Origin: the human T2T-CHM13v2.0 reference genome, Homo sapiens
Assembly (NCBI RefSeq): GCF_009914755.1
Contig: NC_060931.1
Direction: 5' to 3' (one strand)
DNA: 64,000 bases
Each line of letters begins with the position of its first letter. Positions within the stretch are counted from its first letter, which is position 1. Of the stretch, positions 1-23,630 are shown in pieces. The notes under the pieces are model-generated. The model saw only the letters and a list, made by a program, of their open reading frames with translations. It did not search any database and had not been told where the DNA came from. Both the position numbers and the translations under genes were made by a program.

Positions 1-870
<870 letters not shown>

Positions 871-1452
871 TAATCATATATTTTATTTGTTAAAAGTTGT
901 TATTTACTTTTTTCCTTACAAAAGTGAGTGTAGTTGTTTCTCTGGTCTGCCACTTTTGGGGGGTAATTTCAAACAGAATCTCAGGGCTTAGCTTTGAGAA
1001 TGCTACCAGGGAAAAATAGGAAATATCTCTCCTTTTATGGCTATAGAAAATGAATACATTTCCACAAGACGTGTAGTAAATCAACTGGTGCATTACATAG
1101 ATGCATCAAAACAATAGTTCCTTTTTTTTTTGAGGGTGAAGAATTTGTAATATTTTGAATCTCTTTTCTGTAGCATGTCATTTGAATAAGTTTAATGCTA
1201 AATTTTTTAAGGTGATACTTGGCACCTTCTAAAAGTATTAATATATGGTTAATTGTTAAATTATTTTTTATAGAGATAAGTGATGTGTTTATTGTCTGAA
1301 AGGGATAGACACTTGTTTTTCATTGTTTTGTTGTTGTTGAGATATAAAATGTAAATGCCTTACAACTTAATTCTCTTTCATAAACACTGAGTTTGAGTAA
1401 TTTTGCTAGATTCTTCAAACACTGACTATTTTTTTAAATATAAAATCAAGTG

Positions 1453-1722
<270 letters not shown>

Positions 1723-2169
1723 TCAAGTGAACCATGCTGATTGGAAAATGAAAGCCCAAACCCAGTGACTCCAAGCTGGCCAGTCTTGAGCCTGCAAAAA
1801 GGGGTGATTGAACACCAAGTTGGTTGGTCTTTTACTGGTGAGTCACCCCTGCAGGTGTCCCAGCCTACTCACCTCAGCCATGGAAGAATTGTTTATACTG
1901 ACAGAAGCTACAGAGCCCTGGAAAGCTGGATACTCAAAGTCAGATGCAGTTAAAGTTGGGATAGAAGTGGTTGGGGAGCCTCTTTTTGAGGATGGATTTG
2001 TTGTTATTGTCCTGGGGCTCTACCTAAACTTTGTCAAATAGAACTAATTTAGAGTTAGGTATGAAGTTACTTACTCCTAAAGAAGAATTGTAGTAAGAGA
2101 ATAATACCAACTATAAGATCTTTGAGAATCTCAAAAAATAGGCAGAAAATAACTTTTATTTGCTTACTT

Positions 2170-2476
2170 ATTCATTTATTTATTTATTTTGAGATGGAGC
2201 CTCTTGCTCTGTTGCCCAGGCTAGAGTACAGTGGCATGATCTCAGCTCACTGCAATCTCTGCCTCCCAAGTTCTAGCAGTTCTTCAGCCTAAGCCTCCCA
2301 AATAGCTGGGACTACAGGTGTGTGCCACCACGGCTAGCTATTTTTTGTAATTTTAGTAGAGATGGGATTTCACCATGTTGGCTAGGCTGGTTTTGAACTC
2401 CTAACCTCAGGTGATCCACCAACTTTGGCCTCTCAAAGTGCTAGGATTAGAGGTGTGAGCCACTGTGCTTGGCCCA
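2170..2476 (-). mobile_element. Alu (S-like)
   Basis: Reverse Alu dimer with (TTTA)n tail. Confidence 0.9.
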
Positions 2477-2669
2477 CTCTTGTTTCTTGATAGTACCTTT
2501 CTCTCTCCTGCCTTTCTTTTCCCCCAAAACCCTCTTTTATATTCACACAGTGTGGCAGTGTGCCCAAGTCCATCCCTCAGGTACCTGAATCCTGTGCCTA
2601 CTAGAATTCAGATGTTAATAAGTTCAAGACCATGGCTTTAGACCTGGCTGTTGTCAAAGTAAATACAGA

Positions 2670-3370
<701 letters not shown>

Positions 3371-6300
3371 ATGTTTCCTATTTTCATAAAGCACTTAATT
3401 TGAAAACTTTTGTATTTAAATATTTTCTCTGCTTCTTTGAAATATATGTAACTCATTTGTATTAGTTAAACAGTTCATTTGTCTTTTTTGACCCAGAATT
3501 ATCTTTAGGAACTGGAAACTATTGCTTCAAAATATAAATAGCAAGAGTATACACCCTATCTATCCACAGTTTGTACAGGAGAGTAGGAGGCTCCCTTCAG
3601 CAGGTACATGGCTCCACATTACAAAAGGACTTTCCGTCATGAAGATGTGAAAATTTTATTTTTCCTTTGAATATTACCAATTAGAAAACGCAGATGACCT
3701 CCCAGATTACTAGGGTTATAAACTATGTATGGCAAATGGTGTTGTCAAGTCTTCTACTTGGAAACTAATTTTGGTGACCTTTCTGTGTTTGCAATCTCTT
3801 AGTAGATTGCCTGTGATGCACATCACATTTTGGTTTAATGATATAACAAGATAGTTTTCTTGTTCTATTATTGTTAAGAGTTTTTTAGGGTTAGAGATGT
3901 TTTTGTTTCTAGCTATATTTTCTACACACTGTCCAGAATTACCAGAGGTTATACACAAGATGCCCAACAGGTTTCATTTTAGAGGGGTCTCTCTTTCTCA
4001 AGTGTCCAATTACAACCCATAATTGTACAGCAAAATGCACAAAGTACAGCAAAGTGCTCCCCAAATCTGTAAGCAGAATGGTCTCTCCTTCTACTTAAGA
4101 TCCACAATCCCTTCTAGAGAAGTTAGACTAGATTTCTGCAAAAATAACTTTTCAGAACAGCAATCAATTACTCCACCTTTTTCAGTGCTCTTGGCATCTT
4201 CAGGTCTCACACTGATTCAAAGATCATAGGGCCCCAGATCCCCAACCAGTCTCGCACATGTGCATTGATTAAACACGAGAATTTACCTTCCTCTCTCCTC
4301 CTCTTGTCCAAATGCTCACAAATGTGCATAGCTCACCAGCCTTCCAAGACCTAAATGTGCAGTTCCAAATTCTGAATTCATGTCCTGGGATTCGAGGGAA
4401 GAAAAGAACTTTTATTTGAGACATGCAAGTTCTTTTAAACCAGAGATATATTAAAATGAGACCACAGTTATATTCTGCTCTCCTCTTTGAACTATTTATC
4501 TTTTTAAATTGGTTGGTATTGCCACAACCTAATAATGCCACACTTGACTCTATAACCCACACCCTATAGCTTAACAATGTATAGTCAATCGCTAACCAGT
4601 TATTTATATAAAACAATAAGAATTTTTGACAGATAACTTTGTATCAGTACCCTCTCTGCCTTCCTTTTTTGCCTTTAAAAATACACACTTACAACTGCTT
4701 CTAATTGGAGGGTATATTCAGGGCAACTTTTTACTCCAGGGTTGCAATCTTTAAGATTTAGCCAAAATAAACTCTCTACTTATATTATGTTTACCCCAGC
4801 TTTTTCCTTTTAGGTCAAAATACTTTTTACAATGTGTTGAAAAAAATTCCATGAGAGGATCTCTCCTCTGGTTTTACTTGGCTTGCTGTAAACCCCAAAA
4901 AGGGAGAGTCACTTTGATTTCACCTAAAATCTGCACATAAAAGCTGGTCTCTGCCTTGGATTCACAAGACAGGGCCAGACTTTGGGTTGAAGACATGCAG
5001 AAAACTCACAGAAGACATTTTCTGCACCATGAGCGATGAATATAGACATCTTAAGCTTTGCTTTTAGAGTGGAGCCCTTTGCCATGTCCAGATCTTGTTC
5101 CCAGTGTCCTGCTACAGCTGTGTAAGAGGCTTCTGGTGTCAACAGAATCCTGTGGTAGAATCTGTAAGTTAAACAAGCACCTTAGCAGTGGGAGGTCAGG
5201 GCCACAAAATATCCAGAGCCATAATCACTACTATACCTCCCTGTAAACTGTGTTACTGGAGTAGAGTATTTTCATCTTTTCTCTTACCCCAGAGTTAGCT
5301 GATCAGGGACAAGGAGTATCACATCCTGATCCACCTGGTGGATCTGCAGCTGGTCTGCAGCTCCACCAGGGCAGTTCCACTTATTATCTGTAGCCCAGAA
5401 AGTCACCCTGAGTCTCCTGCCTGGATCACTCTGGGGGCATCAGCCTAGGATCAGTGAAGACACTCTCACCCTCATTTGTGAGGGTTTGAGACATTTGAGG
5501 ATGTCCTGTGCAGGCTGGGGTCAGGCTTATAACAAAATCTAATTCTGTTCCCATTTCAGAGGAAGAACAGTGACTCATCCAGGGTTTGTTTCTCCCTTCA
5601 TAGAACATTCTTTTTGGTTTGTACTAGGATGGGAGTTGCTCTGGTTCTTTGGCAAAAAATGAATAGATCTGGATGCTCAAACTGGTCAGTCAGTGAATTT
5701 CTTCTCTTTCATATGGCCATTAGAGAAACAGATGAAGCTGTCATGGCCTCTACCATCTGGAAACTTGCAGTCTGGAGCACATAAATACATGGTTGAATTT
5801 CACATCATGTGATTAGTGCAAGGATGGAAGGTGCACAGGGAACTTAAGCTTCATTTGGGTCATTTTCCTTTTATTGTTACCTGAGTTTTTATGCCACCTC
5901 TGGAAGGGCTATTCATGGACAGAAGAGAAGTTGTTATTATTATTATTTATATTGCTTCTACTCAGCAGCATTGAGATTAGAAGCCTAGGGCCCATTCTCT
6001 GTCCCAAACCTGCCCAGATTCACCCTATGCTGAATCTTGTCCCAGTCTGACTCTACACGGGAATCTCTGACAGAACTGCTTAAAGGAGGTCAGAGTTTGG
6101 GGTGGTTGCTCCTACTGCCTCTCCAGAGCTGGTGCTCACAATTTTCTGAAATCCAAAAGCAGATAAATGGGAAAAAAAAAGCTGTATACTTGGAACCTTA
6201 AAATCTTTTTTTTTTTTAATTAAAGCAGGTGCTTCTAGAGACATCCCATCCCTGTGGTTTTAGTAGTTTCTCGACAAGTCTCAATAAAATACAAACACAA

Positions 6301-6667
6301 AAATTAAAAATCCCTCTGAACTGCACTTAACACTTCCTTTCTGTATCTCTCCCATCTATCTATAACTATTATTGAGCTATTATTCTATATATTTTCTTTT
6401 TAAAATCAGTAATAGGGAAACAGAAGAAGAAATAGAAATGCTAGACCCTGTATTTAAATGGTGAATATTATTGGACTCTTAGTACCCATGTCCCAGTGTG
6501 TTAAAAAAAAAAAAAACTTACATAATATGAGGCCAGCACAGTGCTCTGTGACATACTCCTGAGCACATAGTACATTCTGCATAAACATTGCATTAATGTA
6601 TGTGCACATGTTGTTTTCCAAATGCAGATTTACTCAGACATTGCTACCATCTCCAGCCTCTGTAATA

Positions 6668-7036
<369 letters not shown>

Positions 7037-7677
7037 TAGGCTGGCGATTGGTGGTTCTTTCTTTGGATGAAAAGGATTTGTGTTGTGATAAGGATGTTGG
7101 AGTAAGGGACTCTGTGCTGTGCCTGCTTTCTGTAGCTGAGTGCTACTACAATGGTGTTAGAAGGAGCAGCATCTGCATTAACAGGGAACTTGTTAAAATA
7201 AGCTAATTCATGGACCTTTTGCAAACCTGCAGCATTATGTTACTTACTTACAGTGAGGCCTGAAATACCAAAACATTTATATGCACATTGAAGCTTGAGA
7301 GGCACTGCTTAGCTAAGTGATTCTCTGCCCAGTCTTCCAATAGGATCACCTGACCAGTTTGAAGAGATACCATACCCTGTGCCTCCCCACAGAATCTTTC
7401 TGTTGTTTTGTGTGGAAACATCCCTGTTTTTTAATTAAGTGCCTCACATGATTCTACAGTGAGGCCGGGATCAAGTGTGCGGACTTCCAGATACTTTATT
7501 TAAAAAAGGTTGAGTTCACCTTTTGTTCCAAATGAAAGTCACAGGGTCTGCTGTGCTTGGGTTTGGTAAGGGCAAGTCAGTGCGGCCCATATTTCCATTG
7601 CAGAAGCAAAAATTGCTGGTATGTCATCCTTTTTTCTCAGAGTTATAGAATGGCTTAGAGAGTATTACTGTGTTAAA

Positions 7678-7729
7678 AATGTATATAAGGATGTGATGTT
7701 AGAAAATGACAGAAACCTGATCTTCCTGG
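7678..7729 (+). pseudogene. 3' half of a KRAB-A exon (remnant)
   Basis: Translates NVYKDVMLENDRNLIFL, followed by G|gtgag donor in the same position as in the live KRAB-A exon; 5' half missing. Confidence 0.85.
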
Positions 7730-7979
7730 GTGAGGATAACTTTAATACATAATTCCTAGTAATCCTCAGAGTTTTATTTTCTCTCTTTGTAGAATGTTTC
7801 TTGGGAGATTCTGCTTTGCATGAATTAATTTTAGTTTCTTTCTTCAAGAATTGGAAGTTTGCTCGTCTAGAAAACAAATCTTTAAGATGTTTTATCTTGG
7901 CATAAAGCTTCTCTTTTCTTGAGCTGATTTGTGTGCTTCACTCTAGAAATTCAATGGCAAAAAATATTATTGCCCATAT

Positions 7980-8250
<271 letters not shown>

Positions 8251-8476
8251 CGTCCGTAACTTAATATTCAATTTTCATCACTTATTTTTGATTCAGTAAT
8301 TTTGGGTAGTAAAACTAGGAAGACACAGATTTAAAATACTTAAATATTCTAAAGATTCTGTTAGAAAATAATTTTTGGATTAATTTTCTAGAATCTTTCA
8401 TAATTTCTCTTTTCTACTAAGCACAGGACAATGTTTGTAACTGGAGAATCCCCAGCAATAGTTGTGTCATTTTTAA

Positions 8477-8590
<114 letters not shown>

Positions 8591-8692
8591 TGAGAATGAA
8601 TGCAGGAGATGACATATGCAAGAGGACTGAAGGTCAAGGAGAAAGCCAGGAGTTAAAATGTAGTTTGGGAAGCTCTGCTCCAGTGAAAATGA

Positions 8693-9129
<437 letters not shown>

Positions 9130-9774
9130 GCCAATGTCTATTTTATTGCTTATAGGGATCTGCATGATCTGACTGCTTTTCCATTGCTTTTGGAGACATA
9201 GGAATATTGGTATTTTTTAGAAACTCTATGTTAAACTATTTTTTTTCAAATTTCCCTTTTGCAGTATGTCTAAAATGTCTGAAGTGAGTAGTGGAGATAT
9301 TGGGATTTGGTTCAGAAATCTCAGGGTGTTAGGAATCCCCAACTAATGCCAGGAATAGTTGTTGCATATTTTTTGCTTTATGATTTTTAATCCTATAATG
9401 CTTGCAAATATGATTCTACAAATTGATTTTATCAGAACAATAAGCATTTTCCTAAATACGAAAAATGTTATTTTATTTCAGAATATTATTGTTTTAGTAT
9501 GATCTGAGACTTTTAAACTCTATATGCAAATTTTCTAATTGTTATATAGTGTAAAGTATCTACTTATCTTCTAAATTTGTTAAATGCCATATGTTACTAA
9601 GAAGCTTAGACCATTGCTAAGCATATATTAAACTCAGTTTTTCCTTCTTAGTAACTATTACTTTATCATTGTCTTATTTAGTAGGAAACACACTGAAACT
9701 GTCATTTAGATATTTATCAATGTATGTATGTATATATGTGCATGTGTGTCACCTATATAAATTATATAGGTATA

Positions 9775-9895
9775 CAGTAAATTCTCACTTAACATTATCG
9801 ATAGATTCTTGGAAACTGTTACTGTAAGTGAAACAACATATTGTTTAAGAAAGTTAATTTTACCATAGGTTTATTGATGCAAACAAGAGTTAAGT
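9775..9895 (+). mobile_element. TcMar-Tigger-type DNA transposon end (MER82-like)
   Basis: TA + cagtaaattctcacttaacattatcgatagattcttggaaactg resembles the recalled MER82 terminus. Confidence 0.55.
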
Positions 9896-9901
9896 ATAAA
9901 T

Positions 9902-10264
<363 letters not shown>

Positions 10265-11310
10265 CTACTCTGGCAAATAAAGGTTGTATAACTAATGTGT
10301 AAACTCTAATTATTTGATATTCATATACATTGTAAAATAAAATACAATCAAGTTAATGAACACATTTATTACTTCATAAAAACATACCATTTTTGTAGTA
10401 AGAACACTTAATGTTTACTCTTGTAGCAAATTTTAAGCATACATTACAGTATTACTAACTATAAACACTATGCTATTTCGCTAGTCTAACGCTAATATAC
10501 ATTAGATTTCTCAGACTTACTCAACTTATAACTAAAAAATTGAACACTTTGAACAACATCTCCCCATATTCCCACCCTCAGGCACTGACCACCATCATTC
10601 TACTCTGTGCTTCTATGAGTTCACATTTTTAGATTTCCCATCTGAGAATATGCAGTTTCTTTGTCTCTCTGTGTCTGGCTTATTTAATGTAGCATAATGT
10701 CCTCCAGGTCTATCCATGTTGTTAATGGCTGGATTTTCGTCTTTTTTATGTCTCAATAGTATTCTACTGTGTATATACACCATATTTTGGCTATTGTAAA
10801 TAATACTGCATTGAACTTGGAGCTGAAGTTTTTTTTGAGGCACTAATTTTATTTCCTTTGGTAGTATGCTCAGAAGTGGTATTCCTGGATTATATAATAG
10901 ATTTTAAAAAAATTTTTACTGGTTTTTACAATGACTCTATCAGTTTACATCTCACCAACAGCATTCAGGCTTTTCCTTGTATGTATGTCTTTTTTGGGGG
11001 AAAAAGAAAATCTAACCTTTTGACTATTTTTAAGGGGTTATCATCATCATTATTGTTTTTGCTTTGAATTGCATAAGTTTTGGATATTAACTTATCATCA
11101 GATTTATGGCAAATATTTATTGCAATTATTTTCCCATTCTGTTGGGTTTTTAAAATTTTTTTCTTTGCTGTGCAGAAGCTGTTTATTTAGATGCAATCCC
11201 ACTTGTTAATATTTTCTTTCATTGCTGTGCTTTTGGTTTTATATTCAAAAAATTATTGCCTCAAACAATATCAAGAAGGTTTTTCCATATATTTTCTTCA
11301 GGAGTTTTAA

Positions 11311-11636
<326 letters not shown>

Positions 11637-11817
11637 AAGGTTTTATGTCTTACATTTCAGCCTTTTATTTTGAGTTAATTTGGGGTTGTGGTATAAGAAA
11701 ATGATCTAGTTTTATTATTTTGCTTGTGAATATCCAGTTTTTTTCTGGCATCATGTATTGACAAGACTATACTTTCTGCATTGTATATTCTTGGCTCCCT
11801 TGTCAATGATTAGTTGA

Positions 11818-12150
<333 letters not shown>

Positions 12151-12199
12151 TGTTGTTTTTTTTTTTAAGCTGTTTTTATGCACATACTATAACCTCTAG

Positions 12200-12569
<370 letters not shown>

Positions 12570-12902
12570 TGAAGTTGTTTTAGGTACACTCAAATTATAC
12601 AATTGTGGTTTCTATTACGGTGAAAAAAATGCCACTTAAATTTTGATAGGGATTACATTGACTCTAGATCATTTTGACTCATATGGTACTTTGACAATAT
12701 TAGTTATCTTAATATGTTTTTATTCATTTGTGTCTATTTCAGTTTCTATCATTAGTATCTTATTGTATTTAGTGTATAATTTTTTTCTCATCAGATAAAT
12801 TTATTTTGATTTTTTTATTTTTACATTATTGTAAACGAAAATTGTTTCTTTTTTTGGAAAGTTTGTTGTTAGTGTATGGAAATGCAAAAAATATTTACAT
12901 TT

Positions 12903-13195
12903 GGGCCAGGTTCAGTGGCTCATCCCTGTAATCCCAGCACTTTCAGAGGCCAAGGCAGGTAGATCCCTTGAGCCCAGGAGTTCAAGACAAGCCTGGTCAA
13001 TGTAGTGAAATCATGACTTTACAAAAATAGACAAAATTAGCCATGCTACCTGCTATACACCTGTAGTCTTAGCTACTCAAGAGGCTGATATGGGAGGATC
13101 ACTTGAGCCCAGGAGGCTGAGGCTGCAGTGAGCTGAGATTGCCCCACTGGACTCCAGCAAGAGCAAAAGCATGACACCCTCTCAAAAAAAAAACC
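12903..13195 (+). mobile_element. AluJ-like
   Basis: gagcccaggag diagnostic blocks, A tail. Confidence 0.85.
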
Positions 13196-14315
13196 CACAA
13201 GTATTTGTATGCTGAATCTGTATCCTGAAACTTTAATGAATGCATTTATTAGTGCAAACAGTTCTTGTTGTTGTACTCTAGGGTTTTATATATAAATGCA
13301 TGATCATACCATCTACAAACAGTAACATTTTTACTTCTTTTCCAAGTCAGAAGGCTTTGTTTTCTTTTTCTTTGCCAAATAGTTCTGATACAAACTTCCG
13401 GTAATATGTTAGGATAGAAGGATTGAGAGTGGCACATTGTAACTTTTAACTGGTGTCTGTAGATTTGAAATTTTTATAAACTCCTCTTACAGTTTTTGTA
13501 AACTATTTTTGGCAGCTAAAGGTCTCTTCTTGTTGGGTCTTTAGGCTGATGGAATTACCTCTGGGGTTGCAGAGAATATGGGTTGTAGCTGGGTTACAAG
13601 GATGCTGCTGGGTCTGCTGTGGGACCTGCCTTTGATGGTACTGTTACCTGAGATTTTAGCAGTCGTGTATCCTTTCTGGGCCCTGGAAAGTTTAGATTTT
13701 CTTGAGAACAGTAATCGATATGGCAGGCACTGGGGTAGGATTTTGAAATTTATCTGCATATGATGGGCCAAATACCAGGTGTATAAATGGGTTTGGCTTT
13801 TACTGGGTACCTAGGAGCATTTTTTATAGGTATCTGTGGACCCCTCAGTGTGTATGACTGGCCGTAGCCTGTGGCTGTGAGGGTTGAAACAGTCAGAAGG
13901 CTGCTTCAGGGACCAGAGCTGAGGCTAGTGTCTACAGGCCTGCCTTCAGAGCCATGGTTGGGTGTGTCTCCCTGCAGTCTCTTGATGGAAAGTACTACTT
14001 CTGGACTATAGCTGAGAGGAATTTGAGGGAGGTTGCAGAACTGCTTTAGGATTCTGAGACCAAGTTCAGTGCATCATTTCCTTGTCTGTAGCCATGTCTG
14101 TGGGCCCTTAAGTCTGCCACCTAAATGAAAGCCTGCTGTTTTCAAGTGGACCTCCTTTGTCTTTGGCTCCACCAAGGTTTCACAACCCCAACCACATGCA
14201 AGCATTCTTCTACTTCCTGTTTCTATGAGTTTACTATTTATGATATCTTATATGAGTGAAATCATACAGTCTGTCATTTTGTTAGTGTCTTATTTTGCTC
14301 AAAATAATGGCTTTA

Positions 14316-14678
<363 letters not shown>

Positions 14679-14778
14679 TCATTTGTGGCTAAAGAGTATT
14701 GTGTGTATACGCCCTGTCTTCTTTAATCATTTATCCATTGAGGGACATTTGTGTTTTTTCACTTTCGGCTTTTATAAA

Positions 14779-15195
14779 TGATACGGTTTGAATCTGTGTT
14801 CCTACCCAAATCTCATGTTAAATTGTAATCCCCAAAGTTGGAGGTGGGGCCTGGAGGGAGGTCATTGCATTATAGGGGCAGCTTCTCATGAATGGTTTAG
14901 CACCATCCCCTCTGGTGCTGTCTTTGTCATAGTTGGCGAGTTCTGAGATCTCATCTGTTTAGATGATACGGCACCTCCCCCTCACTATTTCTTGCTCCTG
15001 CTTTCACCATGTGAGTTGACTCACTCTCTCGTTGCATTCTGCCATGACTGGAAGCTTTCTAAGCCCTCCCCAGAGGCAGAAGCTGCTTTGCCTTCTGTAC
15101 AGGCTGCAGAACCATGAGCTAAGTAAACCTGTTTTTAACATAAATTACCCAGTTTCAGTTATTTCTTTATGGCAAAGTGAGAATAAACTAATACA
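14779..15195 (+). mobile_element. MaLR solo LTR (MSTB-like)
   Basis: tgatacggtttgaatctgtg...cccaaatctcatg start, aaactaataca end. Confidence 0.85.
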
Positions 15196-15321
15196 GTGAA
15201 TATTACTGCTATAAACATGAAAGAGCAAATATTTCTTTCAGGTACTACTTTGCATATTTTTAATATATGCCCAGAAGTGTAATTATTGGATCATATAATA
15301 ACTTGATTTTTAATTTTTTAA

Positions 15322-15645
<324 letters not shown>

Positions 15646-15979
15646 TAACAGTACATAAGGGTTTCAATTCTTCCACATTCCTGACAACATTTGTTATTTT
15701 AGTTTGCTTGATATTGGCCATCTTATTTAAGGCACAGTAATGTTTCATTGTAGTTTTGCTTTACATTTTTCTAAACATTAAGAATTTTTCAGTTGATTAT
15801 TTGTTATGTGTATTTTATTTTTGGGGAAACATATTTCTATCTTTTGCCTATTTGTTAATTATGTTACTCTGTTGCTGTTGAGTTTTTGGAGTTGTTTATA
15901 TATTCTGGATATTAACTTCTGTCAAATATATAATTTTCAACTTCCATTGTTTCTTAGGAGAGACTTTCATTTCACTGAA

Positions 15980-20160
<4,181 letters not shown>

Positions 20161-20169
20161 TCTCTTTTT

Positions 20170-20470
20170 TAAAATTTTTATTTAAAAATTAAGATAGCAT
20201 CTCACTTTGTCACCCAGGCTAGAGTACAATGGCAAAATCTTGGCTCACTGCAGCCTCAACCTCCTGGCCTGAAGTGATCCTCCCACCTCCACCTCAGCTC
20301 CAACGTGGCTGAGACTCCAGGTGTGAACCACCACATCTGGCTAACTTTTCATATTTTTTCATAGAGATGGGGTTTCACCATGTTGCCCAGGCTGATCTTG
20401 AACTCCTGACCACAAGTGATCCACCTGCCTCAGCCTCCCAAAGTGCTTGGATTACAGGCATGACTAGGGC
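20170..20470 (-). mobile_element. AluJ-like
   Basis: Reverse dimer. Confidence 0.82.
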
Positions 20471-20828
20471 ACCACAGTAAGAATTACTGTAGACAAGATG
20501 GACTGAATAATGCAAAAATTGTGGGTAAAATTTAAAGGAGAAACATTGTATTTCCATAGCCTTAAAGGATATTCCTCTAGATTTTTTAGGAACAAAGTAC
20601 TGAAGCACACACCTTGAAAGAGTCTCATAAAGCTGCCAAATGAGACAAGCTTGACATAAAATAATACATATTGTATGATGTCAGACAAAATTAACCAATG
20701 GTAATAAAACATTAGCAAAGAAATAGCCTCTGGTTGAGAGTAAAATTGTCTGGAAAAAAGCATAAGGCAATTATCTGAGAATAATAAAATATTCTATCAT
20801 TCTATTCTAAATTCTATAGATAGAATAG

Positions 20829-21178
<350 letters not shown>

Positions 21179-21574
21179 CTATTCATACTTAAAAGGTATA
21201 AAGGTTATATGGGTGTATTGTCAAAAAATTTCAGTTAGGAATTGTGCCTTTCAATGTGTGTATATTTGACCTCCAAAAAAAAAACCAAAAACAAAAAAAC
21301 TGAAGAAAATAATGGAGGATGGACAATGGGTTGGCCAGGAATGATTGGGGCAGAGAAGTGGAGGTGAAACAAGAATGGCCGGTGATTGGCAGTTGTTGAC
21401 GCTTCATGACAGGTCTATTGCACTATTTGTTTGTTTGTTTGTTTTGCATAAGTTTAAATTTTTCTGTGATAAAACACTTGGTTAAAAACACAAAATTGAT
21501 CTACAGTGTTAACTCTTAGGATTACGGTTATTGTTGCAGAAAAGAAAGTGATTACTGGGGCATATATGAGGCTT

Positions 21575-21865
21575 GTTTTGTTTTGTTTTGTTGTATTTTA
21601 TTTGAGGCAGGGTCACACTCTGTCAGCCAGGCCACACTGCAAGGGTGTGATCTTGGCTCACTGCAATCTCCACCCACCTGGCTCAAGTAATCTTCCCAGT
21701 TTAGCCTTCTAAGAAGCTGAGACTACAGGCATGCACCACCATGCCCAGTTATTTTTTGGTATTTTTTTAGTAGAGACAGTGTCTCGTCATGTTGGCAAGG
21801 CTGTTTTATACTCCTGATCTGCCTGCCTCAACCTCCCAAAGTGCTGGGATTACAGGCATGAGCAA
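21575..21865 (-). mobile_element. Alu (old, J-like)
   Basis: Reverse dimer. Confidence 0.8.
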
Positions 21866-22021
21866 ACACTTACAGAAATGGCAAAATTTTACTAAACGTA
21901 ATTTAAAATTACAATGGAGTGTTCCCCTGAAAAAGTGCGTTTGAAAATGAAGTCTCCCTAGTAAGACTCATCTAGGGTTCACTACTGATGTGCAGAAGCT
22001 TCTAAAAAGATTTCAATATTT

Positions 22022-22365
<344 letters not shown>

Positions 22366-22797
22366 TTAAAAGTCTAAGTCTTACAAAAGATTAAATCTAC
22401 CATTTTCTTTAGTTGCTCTCCCTCCTTGAAGGTAAATAGAAAGCTATCCCAGATAAAGTGTTTGTAAAAGTAGACCCTCAGGTAAAGGCTTCTTTTTCAG
22501 ATTTATCCATGCTGAGTCCAGGCTTAGAGAATTCTTTCTTCTTTTTATTTTTGAATGGGCTTCAACTTCAACTCTTAATTATACCTAGGAAACAGTAGTT
22601 AAGCTTGAAAGACCACCTTTGAACTAAATTAGAACTTTCTGATATTTAACTATTTTGAAATTATTTTGTAAAAGAAATTTATATCTGTAAATGAAATCTC
22701 CATTTGCAAGGTGTTTGTGTTACATTAAAAACATTGACTATTATTTTAAATTTACACAAGTCATACCTTTGTTTAAGGTGCTTTTCTGGCCATCTTT

Positions 22798-22800
<3 letters not shown>

Positions 22801-22840
<40 letters not shown>
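22801..22840. repeat. (AT)20 microsatellite at Alu tail
   Basis: Perfect AT run. Confidence 0.95.
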
Positions 22841-22857
<17 letters not shown>

Positions 22858-23142
22858 TTAGGCGGAGTCTTGCTCTGTCACCCAGGCTGGAGTGCAATGG
22901 CATGTCTTGGCTCACTGCAACCTCTGCTTCCTGGGTTCAAGCAAGTCTCCCTGCCTCAGCCTCCTGACTAGCTGGGATTACAGGTGCCTGCCACTATGCC
23001 CAGCTAATTTTTTTGTATATTTAGTAGAGATAAGGTTTTGCCATATTGGCCAGGCTGGTCTTGAACTCCTGACCTCAGGTGATCCGCCCGCCTCGGCCTC
23101 CCAAAATGTTGGGATTATAGGCGTGAGCCAACGTGCCCGGCC
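22841..23142 (-). mobile_element. Alu (S-like)
   Basis: Reverse dimer. Confidence 0.88.
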
Positions 23143-23630
23143 CATCTTATTTTAACTAAATTTTACTTACAGCATATTTTCCTGAGTTGAAGATATGAGA
23201 AAATGTTTTAGCCTAAAGTGTTAGCTCTGTCCTTTGGAAATATAAACTTTACTGTATCACCCGAGTTGTCCCTTTAGAAATGCAGCGAGATAGATGGCAA
23301 CACAATAATAGTGAAGGACCTTCAATACTCCATTGACAGCACTGGACAGTTCATCAAGACAGAAATTCAACAAAGAAACAGTGTACTTAAGCTATACCCT
23401 AGAACAAATGGATATAACAAATATTTACAGAACATTCTACCCAACAACTACAGTATATACATTCCTTTTATTCAGCACATGGAATATTCTCCAAGATAGA
23501 CCATATGATATGCCACAAAACAAGTTTCAATAAATTTTAAAAAATTAATATTATATCAAGTACACTCAGACCACAGTGAAATAGAATTGGAAATCAACTC
23601 CAAAAGGAACCCTCAAAACAATACACATAT

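Noticed and set aside
22801-22860. (AT)20 followed by poly-T
   Set aside because: Ordinary Alu-tail microsatellite.
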